Below the pieces are notes generated by a model. It ran no database searches. It had not been told where the DNA came from and saw only the letters and a program-made list of their open reading frames with translations. A DNA stretch of 64,000 bases from Phyllobates terribilis (Eukaryota): NCBI RefSeq assembly GCF_046119375.1, contig NW_027362769.1, forward strand, positions 179,738,001 through 179,802,000, given 5' to 3'. Within the stretch, counting starts at the first letter, position 1. Every line of letters begins with the position of its first letter. Positions 23,415-42,139 of this stretch are shown piece by piece. The position numbers and the translations under genes were made by a program.

Positions 23415-24980
23415 CAACTATGGGCTGAGAAGAGTCGACTGTTCCTTTATAAGGGGAAGTTGTGCCGCCGAATGGTTAACTCCCGGACGCATGAACTAAT
23501 CTGGCAAGTAGTGGTGCCACGAAGAGACGCAGCCGTGGTGATGGAGGCATACCACGATGGGGCTGGACACTTCGGATGGAAGAAGCTGGAGTTCCTGCTG
23601 CGCGGGCGGTTCCACTGGGTAGGCATGAGGGGAACCATCGAGAGGTGGTGCAGAGACTGTGGCCCGTGCAACCTAAGAAGGAAGGACCGTGCCAGCCAGA
23701 AGACTCCCCTGCAGTCCATCGTCACCCGACAGCCGTTGGAACTGGTAGCCTTGGATCATGTAAAACTGACCCCAAGCAGAAGTGGCTACGTCTACGCACT
23801 AACCATCGTGGATCACTACTCCCGGTTCTTGGTTGTCGTCCCCGTCAAGGACTTAACAGCTCGAACAGCAGCTAGAGCCTTCCAGCAGCATTTCTGCCGT
23901 CCACACGGGTACCCGGACCAAGTGTTGACAGACCAGGGACCTGCCTTTGAAGCGGAGGTCTTCCAAGAATTCTGCACTCTGTATGGCTGCCGGAAGATAA
24001 GGACGACACCCTATCATCCGCAAACTAATGGACTTTGTGAGAAAATGAACCAGGTGGTGATAGATCTTCTGAAAACATTGCCCCTGGAAGAACGCAGTCT
24101 GTGGCCTGAGAGGCTGCCCGACCTAGTGGACCTATACAACCACATCCCGGTAGGTTCCACCAACTGTACCCTGGCTTACCCGATGAGGGCAAGACCTGGT
24201 AAGCTACCTGTTGACCTGGAGATGGGAGTCCTGACACCCGAGGACACTTCACCAGAAGCAGACTGGGACACAGAGAGGCAGCAGCAGTACCGGAAAGTAC
24301 AGGAGAGCGTGGAGCGAAGTCTCTGTCAAGCTAGGGAAAGACAAGAGAAAACTTACAACCAGTATGCTCCCGCTGTTCCCCTGGTACCCGGAGAGCAGGT
24401 CTTGAAGAGGAAAAGGCGGCTCCACAAGTTGGACGACCAGTGGGAGAAGGACCCGTACATCGTACTGCCCTCAAGCCACGACAACCCAAAGGTCTGTACC
24501 ATCAGTAAAGACGGAGGGGAAACCACAACCATTGTATCCCGGGATCACCTGAAGAAGTGTCCCGAACAGCTACGGAACCCTGAAGAGGAACAAGAAGACC
24601 CTCGACCCGTAGAGGAAAGGGAAGATATGGTTAGTACTGTGCTCGGAGACTTCCCTCGGTCTTGGACTCAAGTCAATGGCGCAATTGTGGTACCCGTACT
24701 CACCTTCCTCCAACCAGCATCCCAAGCACCTACGGAGCAACAGGTAGAGCTGGAAGAACAGCCGGTCCAGGAGGCAGAAGACCCCACACCAGCAGACCAG
24801 GAGGATCAACCCTCTGCTTATAGTGAACCTGCCATGCCTCTAGTGAGCCAAAGGGCCCGTGGACAGCTGCCCAGTTTACCCTTGACAGTTCCTACACCCT
24901 GTAGTTCGGGGCTAGACAGTCAGCTCCGTAGGTCCACTAGGGCCACTAGAGGCCAGTTACCCGCACGTTGGAGGATTTGA
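23415..24980 (+). CDS. pol: Gypsy Pol, integrase portion, same frame as upstream pol
   Basis: HHCC (H...GHFG...CRDCGPC); DDE core (ALDH, TDQG, NGLCEKMN); GPY/F-like tail; no chromodomain seen. Confidence 0.93.
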   Translation, partial: QLWAEKSRLFLYKGKLCRRMVNSRTHELIWQVVVPRRDAAVVMEAYHDGAGHFGWKKLEFLLRGRFHWVGMRGTIERWCRDCGPCNLRRKDRASQKTPLQSIVTRQPLELVALDHVKLTPSRSGYVYALTIVDHYSRFLVVVPVKDLTARTAARAFQQHFCRPHGYPDQVLTDQGPAFEAEVFQEFCTLYGCRKIRTTPYHPQTNGLCEKMNQVVIDLLKTLPLEERSLWPERLPDLVDLYNHIPVGSTNCTLAYPMRARPGKLPVDLEMGVLTPEDTSPEADWDTERQQQYRKVQESVERSLCQARERQEKTYNQYAPAVPLVPGEQVLKRKRRLHKLDDQWEKDPYIVLPSSHDNPKVCTISKDGGETTTIVSRDHLKKCPEQLRNPEEEQEDPRPVEEREDMVSTVLGDFPRSWTQVNGAIVVPVLTFLQPASQAPTEQQVELEEQPVQEAEDPTPADQEDQPSAYSEPAMPLVSQRARGQLPSLPLTVPTPCSSGLDSQLRRSTRATRGQLPARWRI

Positions 24981-25336
24981 AGTGTATAAGTTGTTTTATT
25001 TATGGTTACCTGTTTTTCTTGTTGCTTGTGTATAATTATGTGTTTCTAGTTATTTTTAGGAGTCCTTGGTGGATTTACCGGGAATCCTTGTACAATTGGT
25101 TGGAGCGTAACCTAGGAATGGACTAAAGACTGTTAAGGACTCGGGGCAGGACAGACCCCTACCTGGTTACGTCTCCCTGTTTTGGTGAAATGGACACCTT
25201 GCTTTTCTTCAAAACTGCACCCGGTTGCGGACACGCCGTAACCATCTTTATGTGTTTTTCTTATTGTATTATTATTGTTTATACCTTGTTATGTTTTTCT
25301 AAAAATATGTTTAGTCCCGGAGTACTAAAGTTCACT

Positions 25337-25345
25337 AGGGGGGAA
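25337..25345 (+). promoter_or_regulatory. Polypurine tract
   Basis: AGGGGGGAA directly abutting the 3' LTR. Confidence 0.9.
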
Positions 25346-26339
25346 TGTGACACCCCAGGGGTCTGGTTGCCACAGTGATAGAGATATTACGTCTGAGAGC
25401 AGGTGGGAGGTCTCTTGGTCAGGGATCCTATGCATGCCACACCTCCTGCCCAGTGCTGGGAGGGGAAGAACTTCCCCTATATAAACCTAGGGCTGAGGCA
25501 GGGTTAGTGAGTAGAGAAGAAGTAGAGACAGAGAAGCAGATATAGGAAAAGAACATCAGGAGCTCTGTGGGAGCAGTGCTACAAGGAGTCAGGGGCTGGC
25601 AGCTGCAGAGCTCGCCCTGACTGAGAAGTTATCACCGGACCCGGAGTCCGAGGCTGTGGGGACTAACTCCTATCCAGCAGCAGAAACCGACCGGCAGGGG
25701 ATTGCAGGTCCTCTGGCCCAGAAACCCGAAGGCACGGTCACACGCGTGGGACCAGCACCGCCGTCGTGGAGCGGAAGCTACTAGAAGGCCCCGAGTCACC
25801 GGCCATACGGGTGAGCACCACACGGTACACTCAGGGACGTGGGCTACTTATACCCGCCTCTAGCAAGGTAGCCGGAAGAGTATCGTTAGTTTGGGAGGCC
25901 TACAACTCCGCCTGGCCAGGGGAGATCCCATCTGCTCAAGGACTGACCAGGCCCCAATCGCTAGCCAGTACTCCGGGAGGGTCTATCTTTGTCACCAGTA
26001 AAGACCCTGAACTACACCGTACCGTCTCCGAGTGGTTCCTGCTACCCCCATCATCCACGTCGGCTGCCCTGAGGCCATACCCCTCCCGTTGGGGGTTATA
26101 CTATCACGCTGCACAATCCTACCACCGGCCTCAGCGGTCTGCCCTGCAGCAGCAGCTCCTTAGCTGTACTCAACGGGTGGCGTAGTCGTCCAACATCTAC
26201 CGCTAATACAGCGCCACTTAGTCTGACTCCCTGGGCACGGACCGGATCACCGCCACGAGACTACAACCCTCAACAGATCCGGCTCCGGGTAAGCTCCCGC
26301 GTGCGCAACGCAGCGCGACACAGGCCCAGGGGCGCGTCA
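25346..26339 (+). repeat. 3' LTR
   Basis: Copy of 18453-19446 at offset 6893. Confidence 0.97.
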
Positions 26340-26559
26340 GCTGCTGCGGTTTGCACGCAGCGCAAGTGTGCTGCGTCCAATCGGCAGCGTTAACTGATTG
26401 TCTGCACATACCCTTATGGGGGATCTGCAGAGGATGCACTGTAAATAAGGGGAAAAATCTGCACCAAAAACGCATGTCAAAAACGTGTCTTTTTTACACA
26501 GCGTTTTTCCTGGTAAGAGATGCAGAAATGGTGTACAAATGTCTGCACCACAATCTTAA

Positions 26560-27141
26560 AGGGGTTTTCCCACGAAATAAAGTTCATTTTAATCAATAGA
26601 TCTTTGAATAATAATAACTTCCACAATTGGAGGTGTTTAAATAAAATGTTCCTGTGCTGAGATAATCTTATAAATGTGCCCCTGCTGTGTACTGTGTAAT
26701 GGCTGTGTCTGACCCTGCAGGGACATGGTCTGGTCATACCACATCTCCTGGGCAGGGGAGGAAGCAAAAGAGTATGCAGACTGGACAACAGGGGATCACA
26801 GAGGATTCTTTTTGTGAGATAAAACAATGCCCTACCTGTTTTTTTAAAAATGTTTTACTTCAAAGAAAGAATCATCTTTGATCCCCCGCTGTAATGTCTG
26901 TATACTCGTTTGCTGTAATGTCTGTATACTCGTTTGCTTCCTCTCCTGCCCAGGAGATGTGGTATGATCAGACCATGTCCCTGCAGGGTCAGACACAGCC
27001 ATTACACAGTACACAGCAGGGACACATGTATAAGATTATCTCAGCACAGGAACATTTTATTTAAATACATTCAATTGTGGAAATTATTATTATTCCAAGA
27101 TCTATTGATTAAAATCAACTTTTGTTCATGGGAAAACCCCT
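26560..27141. mobile_element. Palindromic TTAA MITE (Kolobok/T2-like)
   Basis: TIR AGGGGTTTTCCCA...TGGGAAAACCCCT; TTAA at 26556-26559 and 27142-27145. Confidence 0.88.
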
Positions 27142-27149
27142 TTAAGAAT

Positions 27150-28290
27150 ACACTGCTATTGGGCATCTGTGGATGACGCGCTGTTATGGGGGATCTGTGG
27201 ATGATGCACTATTATGGGGTATCTGTGGATAATGCACTGTTATGGGGGATCTGTGGCTGACGCACTGTTATGGGGGATCTGTGGCTGACGCACTGTTATG
27301 GGGGATCTGTGGCTGACGCGCTGTTATGGGGTATCTGTGGCTGACGCACTGTTATGGGGTATCTGTGGAGGACACACTGTTATGGGGTATCTGTGGATGA
27401 CGAACTGTTATGGAGGATCTGTGGATGATGCTCTGTTATGGGGGATCTATGGATGATGCTCTGTTATGGGGGATCTGTGGATGACGCACTGTTATGGGGT
27501 ATCTGTGGAGGACGCACTGTTATGGGGTATCTGTGGATGTGGCGCTGTTATGGGGGATATGTGGAGGACGCGCTGTTATTGGGAATCTGCAGATGATGCA
27601 CTGTTATGGGGGATTTGTGGATGACGCGCTGTTATGGGGATATGTGGATGACGCGCTGTTATGGGGGATCTGGAGGATGTGCTGTTATGGGGGATCTGTG
27701 GAGGATGTTCTGTAATGGGGGATCTGTGGAGGATGCACTGTTATGGGGATCTGTGGGTGATGCGCTGTTTTGGGGATCTGTGGATGACGTGCTCTCATGG
27801 GGAATCTGTGGAGGATGCACTGTCATGGGGGATCTGTGGATGACGCGCTGTTATGGGGATCTCTGGAGGGTGCGCTTTTATGGGGGATCTGTGGAGGACG
27901 TGCTGTTATGGGTGATCTGCAAAGGACGCGCTGTCATGGGGGATCTGCGGAGGACGCGCTGTCATGGGGGATCTGCGGAGGACGCGCTGTCATGGGGGAT
28001 CTGCGGAGGACGCGCTGTCATGGGGGATCTGCGGAGGACGTGCTGTCATGGGGGATCTGCGGAGGACGCGCTGTCATGGGGGATCTGCGGAGGACGCGCT
28101 GTCATGGGGGATCTGCGGAGGACGCGCTGTCATGGGGAATCTGCGGAGGATGAGCTGTCATGGGGGATCTGCGGAGGACGCGCTGTCATGGGGGATCTGG
28201 GGAGGACGCGCTGTCATGGGGGATCTGGGGAGGATGCGCTGTCATGGGGGATCTGCGGAGGACGCGCTGTCATGGGGGATCTGTGGGTGC
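27150..28290. repeat. 28-bp minisatellite, ~40 copies (right half)
   Basis: Unit GGGGGATCTG(T/C)GGA(T/G)GACGCGCTGT(T/C)AT, related to 16702-18156. Confidence 0.95.
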
Positions 28291-28399
28291 AGCTATTGCA
28301 GGTGCACCATTGTGGGGTGTATATATTATGGGCTGCACATTATTATGGGATGTATTTCTGGCTCAGGCGTTCCTCTGGGACATCTTTAGCAGTTACTAA

Positions 28400-36610
<8,211 letters not shown>

Positions 36611-37141
36611 GATCCAGGCTCTGGGAGCCGCCATGCACCGAGCCGCCCGGCATAATTGCCAATCTGAATGATGCCGTAATGAGCACTAATTAAAGCGGCG
36701 CAGGTTCTTCACACTGCGTCATTATATCATGATTGAAGCAGCTCAAGATGTAGCTGAGCCAGATACGCCTGATACTAAGCCCGGAGCGCCACATTGAGCG
36801 ACAAGCTGCAGCCTGTACGGGGCCGCAGCCATCGTGTGATCTATCCTGCCCCGTACAGTATTGGGCAGGGGGCGATAAGCGCAGATCGTCTCCTAAATCA
36901 CCAATTACCGTCTGTATAATAATGCACCTTTACTATGTCCGATATTGATCATCGGAGGAGGGGTCACATTAACTCCGCAACTGAAACATTGCACTAAATG
37001 CTCCTGTACTTATAATGGTCGTATATTGTCAGCACTGCACAGGTAAAGGGGGCACGGAAAACACAGGCTCCGTCACACTGCCTTATCCCTATGTAAAGGG
37101 CTGGTCTCATCACAGGCTGTTATGGCCGTTACATGAGGAAA

Positions 37142-38847
37142 CAGCTGCATCTCACTAAATTAGAATATCCTCAAAAAGTTAATTTATTTCAGTTCTTCAA
37201 TACAAAATGTGAAACTCCTATATTATATAGAGTCATTACACACAGAGGGATCTATTATATAGAGTCATTACACGCAGAGGGATCTATTATATAGAGTCAT
37301 TACACGCAGAGGGATCTATTATATAGAGTCATTACACGCAGAGGGATCTATTATATAGAGTCATGACACGCAGAGGGATCTATTATATAGAGTCATGACA
37401 CGCAGAGGGATCTATTATATAGAGTCATGACACGCAGAGGGATCTATTATATAGAGTCATGACACGCAGAGGGATCTATTATATAGAGTCATTACACGCA
37501 GAGGGATCTATTAGAGTCATTACACACAGGGATCTATTAGATAGTCATTACACACCAAGGGATCTATTAGATAGTTATTACACACCGAGGGATCTATTAG
37601 TTAGGGTCATTACACACAGAGGGATCTATTAGATAGGGTCATTACACACAGAGGGATCTATTAGATAGAGTCATTACACACAATATAATAGATCCCTCTG
37701 TAATGACTCTATATAATAGATCACTCTGTGTGTAATGACTATATAATAGATCCCTCTGTGTGTAATGACTCTATATAATAGATCCCTCTGCGTGTAATGG
37801 CTATAATAGATCCCTCTGCGTGTAATGACTATAATAGATCCCTCTGCGTGTAATGACTATACTAGATCCCTCTGCGTGTAATGACTATACTAGATCCCTC
37901 TGCGTGTAATGACTATACTAGATCCCTCTGCGTGTAATGACTATAATAGATCCCTCTGCGTGTAATGACTATAATAGATCCCTCTGCGTGTAATGACTAT
38001 AATAGATCCCTCTGCGTGTAATGACTATATAATAGATCCCTCTGCGTGTAATGACTATATAATAGATCCCTCTGCGTGTAATGACTCTATATAATAGATC
38101 CCTCGGTGTGTAATGACTCTATATAATAGATCCCTCGGTGTGTAATGACTCTATATAATAGATCCCTCTGCGTGTAATGACTCTATATAATAGATCCCTC
38201 TGCGTGTAATGACTCTATATAATAGATCCCTCTGCGTGTAATGACTCTATATAATAGATCCCTCTGCGTGTAATGACTCTATATAATAGATCCCTCTGCG
38301 TGTAATGACTCTATATAATAGATCCCTCTGCGTGTAATGACTCTATATAATAGATCCCTCTGCGTGTAATGACTCTATATAATAGATCCCTCTGCGTGTA
38401 ATGACTCTATATAATAGATCCCTCTGCGTGTAATGACTCTATATAATAGATCCCTCTGTGTGTAATGACTCTATATAATAGATCCCTCGGTGTGTAATGA
38501 CTCTATATAATAGATCCCTCGGTGTGTAATGACTCTATATAATAGATCCCTCTGCGTGTAATGACTCTATATAATAGATCCCTCTGCGTGTAATGACTCT
38601 ATATAATAGATCCCTCTGCGTGTAATGACTCTATATAATAGATCCCTCTGCGTGTAATGACTCTATATAATAGATCCCTCTGCGTGTAATGACTCTATAT
38701 AATAGATCCCTCTGCGTGTAATGACTCTATATAATAGATCCCTCTGTGTGTAATGACTCTATATAATATAGGAGTGTCACTTTTTGTATTGAAGAACTCA
38801 AATAAATTAGCTTTTTGATGATATTATAATTTAGTGAGATGCAGCTG
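37142..38847. mobile_element. Tc1-type-ended foldback element with opposed 32-bp minisatellite arms
   Basis: Ends CAGCTGCATCTCACTAAATTA...TAATTTAGTGAGATGCAGCTG(TA); inner arrays of ATTATATAGAGTCATTACACGCAGAGGGATCT, forward ~37220-37690 and reverse ~37685-38765. Confidence 0.85.
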
Positions 38848-39176
38848 TATGTCATAAATGATTGATAAATACTTTCAGAACTCCCATATAAATCAATGAA
38901 GAAAGCTACACATGTGGATCATCATCAAGTCACTTTGTGATCTGTAACTTTTGGATAAGTCAGTATGCAAATTTTGAAAATATGTAATTATATGATAAAC
39001 TTTATTTTAATGAATGTTTTTAGATTTTCCTTTTTTTTTCATGTTTTGGGATCACTTTAGAATTGTATTTTATGAAAGGGCTCGTCCAGATGAAAAGGTA
39101 AGGAAATTTGTCTGTCCATGCAAAAAAAGTTCCCATGTGAACGAGTGCATTAGCTGAGTTTGGTCCTTTTTGAATG

Positions 39177-39207
<31 letters not shown>

Positions 39208-39324
39208 CAGAGAAGCTTCTTTTCTGTTTGTAAAACCGAAGCCCCTCATATACACTAGATGAAAGGTGGCCGGACCTCCAGCTTCTGTCCCCTACATTCC
39301 TAGACCTTTATATAGAGAAAAGTA

Positions 39325-42135
39325 CAGTGGTGTGAAAGTGTTCGCCCCCTTCCTGATTTCTTATTCTTTGTTTGTCACTTAAATATTTCAGATCACAAAA
39401 CAAATGTAAATATTAGACAAAGATAACACAAGTAACGCAAAATGCAGTTTATAAATGAAGATCTTTATTAGTAAGGGAAAAAGAAATCCAAACCTACAGG
39501 GCCCTGTGTCAAAAAGTAATTGCTCCCTAAACCTAATAACTGGTTGGGCCTTTAGCAGCAACAACTGCAATAAAGGATTGCGATAACTGACAATGAGTGT
39601 TTACGACGCTCTGGAGGAATTTTGGCCACTCGCCTGTGCAGAATTGTTGTAATTCAGCCACATTGGAGGGTTTTAAGGTCCAGCCACAGCATCTCAATTG
39701 GATTAAGGTCAGGACTGTGACTAGGCCACTCCAAAGTCTTAATTTTGTTTTTCTTAAGCCATTCAGAGGTGTACTTGCTGGTGTGTTTTGGATCATTGTC
39801 CTGCTGCTTAACCCAAGTGCACTTCAGCTTGAAATCAGGAACAGATGGCCAGACATTCTCCTTCAGGAGTTTTTGGTAGACAGCAGAATTCATGGTTCCA
39901 TTTACCACAGCAAGTCTTCCAGGTCCTGAAACAGCAAAACAGCCCTAGACCATCACACTACCACCATCATGTTTTACTGTTGGTATGATGTTCCTTTTCT
40001 GAAATGCAGTGCTACTTCTCTGCCAGATGTAATGGGACATACACCTTCTACAAAGTTAAACTTTTGTTTTGACAGTCCACAGAGTATTCTCCCAAAAATC
40101 TTGGTGATCACCATGATGTTTTTTTGCAAAATTGTGGCGAGCCTTTATGTTCTTTTTGCTCAGCAGTGGTTTTCGACTTGGAACTCTGCCATGCTGCCAT
40201 TTTTTTCCAGTCTCTTTCTCATGGTGGAGTCATGAACACTGACCTTAACTGAGGCAAGTGAGGTCTGCAGTTCTTTCGATGTTGTTGTGGGGTCTTTTGT
40301 GACCTCTTGGATGAGTCGTGGCTGCGCTCTTGGGGTAATTTTGGTTGGCCGGCCACTCCTGGGAAGGTTCACCACTGTTCCATGTTTTCGCCGTTTGTGG
40401 ATAATGGCTCTCACTGTGGTTCGCTGGAGTCCCAAAGCTTTAGAAATGGTTTTATAACCTTTTCCAGACTGATTGTTATTCACTTGTTCCTGAATTTCTT
40501 GGGATCGCAGCATGATGTCTTGCTTTTGAGGATTTTTTGGTCTACTTCACTGTCAGGCAGGTCCTATTTTAGTGATTTCTTGATTAAGAAAAGGTGTGGC
40601 AGTAATCAGGCCTGTGTGTGGCTAGGGAAAGTGAACTCAGCTTCCCAAAGATGTGATAAATCAGGCTGCGTGCCCACGATGCATTTTTCAAGTGTTTTTG
40701 CTGCAGAATTTCTGCAGCGGAAACACTTGAAACACGCTTGGTAATCCGTGCCCCATTGTCTCCAATGACAATCTGCATGTTCTGTGCCCATGCTGCCGAA
40801 TTTTCTGCAGAGGATTTTATGTGCGGAAAAACCTGCAGCATGTCCATTATTTGTGCGTTTACGCATGCGGATTTGCCTACTCAATGCATTAGAAAAACGC
40901 CTAGCAAATCCGCATGTCAAAAACGCTTCAAAAACGCGTGTTAAAATCCGCACGCGTTTTTACTGGCAAGGACATGCAGAAATGAAGCGGAAATTTTCCG
41001 CTTCAATTCTGCATCGTGGGCACATTGCCTCCCCTGAAAACATAAATTACTGTGAGGCTATGGCTGTGTGCCCACTATGCGTTTTCCAAGCGTTTACGCT
41101 GCGGAATTTCCGCAGCGTAAACGCTTGGGAAATGCTTGGTAATCCGCCCCCCATGGTCCCCAATGACAAGCCGCAATGTCAATGCCCATGCTGCAGATTT
41201 TTCCGCAGCGTTTATGCTGCGCTCAAAAATCCGCAGCATGTCCATTAATTTTGCGGACACGCAGCGTAATCGCCGCCATTGACTTGCATTGAAACGCATA
41301 ATATCTAATTATGCATTTTAATGTGTGGATGGTACCCGGGTGTGGAGGACAGGAGACTCTCCTCCGGACCCAGGTACCATAGAACCTGTAAAAAAAAAAA
41401 ATTTAAAATAAAAAAATAAAGTTTATACTTACCTTCTGGTGTCATCTCCGCTGCGTCCGGTGTCTAGCAATGTTCGCGCTGTTGTGAAGGACCTGCAGTG
41501 ACGTCATTGAGTCATGTGATGGCTTACATGACTCAGTGACGTTATGGCAGGTCCTTCACAACAGCGCGAACATTGCTAGACACCGGACGCAGCGGAGATG
41601 ACACCAGAAGGTAAGTATAAACTTTATTTTTTACCATTCTTATTCTTTTTTTTTTTTTTAACTAACTTGGTCACACTAATATATAAATCCATGCAACCGG
41701 CATGGATTTATAGTGTGAACAAGTTGTCAAGCACTTTTCCAAGTGATGCTAAAATCGCTTGGAATAGCGCTTGATAACCCGCATGCAGAAATGCAAGCAA
41801 AGACACTGCAAAGACGCTTCACAAACGCTTCTAACTGGCAGGAAAAAAGCATGTAAAAAATGCATGTGTTTTTCCTGCCAGGGAGAAGCGTAAAAAATAT
41901 GCAGCATTTCTGCATTGTGGGCACATAGCCTATCACTTTTTCACACAGGGCCCTGTAAGTTTGGATTTCTTTTTCCCTTAATAATAAAGACCTTCATTTA
42001 AAAACTGCATTTTGTGGTTACTTGTGTTATCTTTGTCTAATATTTACATGTGTTTTGTCATCTGAAACATTTAAGTGACAAACCTGCAAAAGAATAAGAA
42101 ATCAGGACGGGGGCAAACACTTTTTCACACCACTG
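39325..42135 (-). mobile_element. Degenerate Tc1/mariner transposon (second family) carrying MITE insertions
   Basis: TA-flanked TIRs CAGTGGTGTGAAA; minus-strand transposase pieces GKGYKTISKAL, RSGRPTKI, QQDNDPKH, SPDLNPIE. Confidence 0.9.
40664..41930. mobile_element. Harbinger-like MITE cluster nested in the Tc1
   Basis: Ends GGCTGCGTGCCCAC...GTGGGCACATAGCC; internal hairpin at 41414-41630; same family as 49200-50702. Confidence 0.7.
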
Positions 42136-42139
42136 TATT

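Larger units (their letters stand above)
18453..26339 (+). mobile_element. Full-length Ty3/Gypsy LTR retrotransposon (7887 bp)
   Basis: Two 994-bp TG...CA LTRs, 4-bp TSD GCTG, PBS, PPT, gag, and pol in PR-RT-RH-IN order. Confidence 0.98.
18157..26413. mobile_element. Harbinger-like MITE (~370 bp) split by the Gypsy insertion
   Basis: TIR GGGTATGTGCA...TGCACATACCC with TTA duplicated at 18154-18156 and 26414-26416; an uninterrupted relative lies at ~30281-30609. Confidence 0.8.

Noticed and set aside
24570-25345. env gene or chromodomain in the Gypsy
   Set aside because: Pol tail is a low-complexity E/P/Q-rich segment and the 3' UTR (~365 bp) is too short for env
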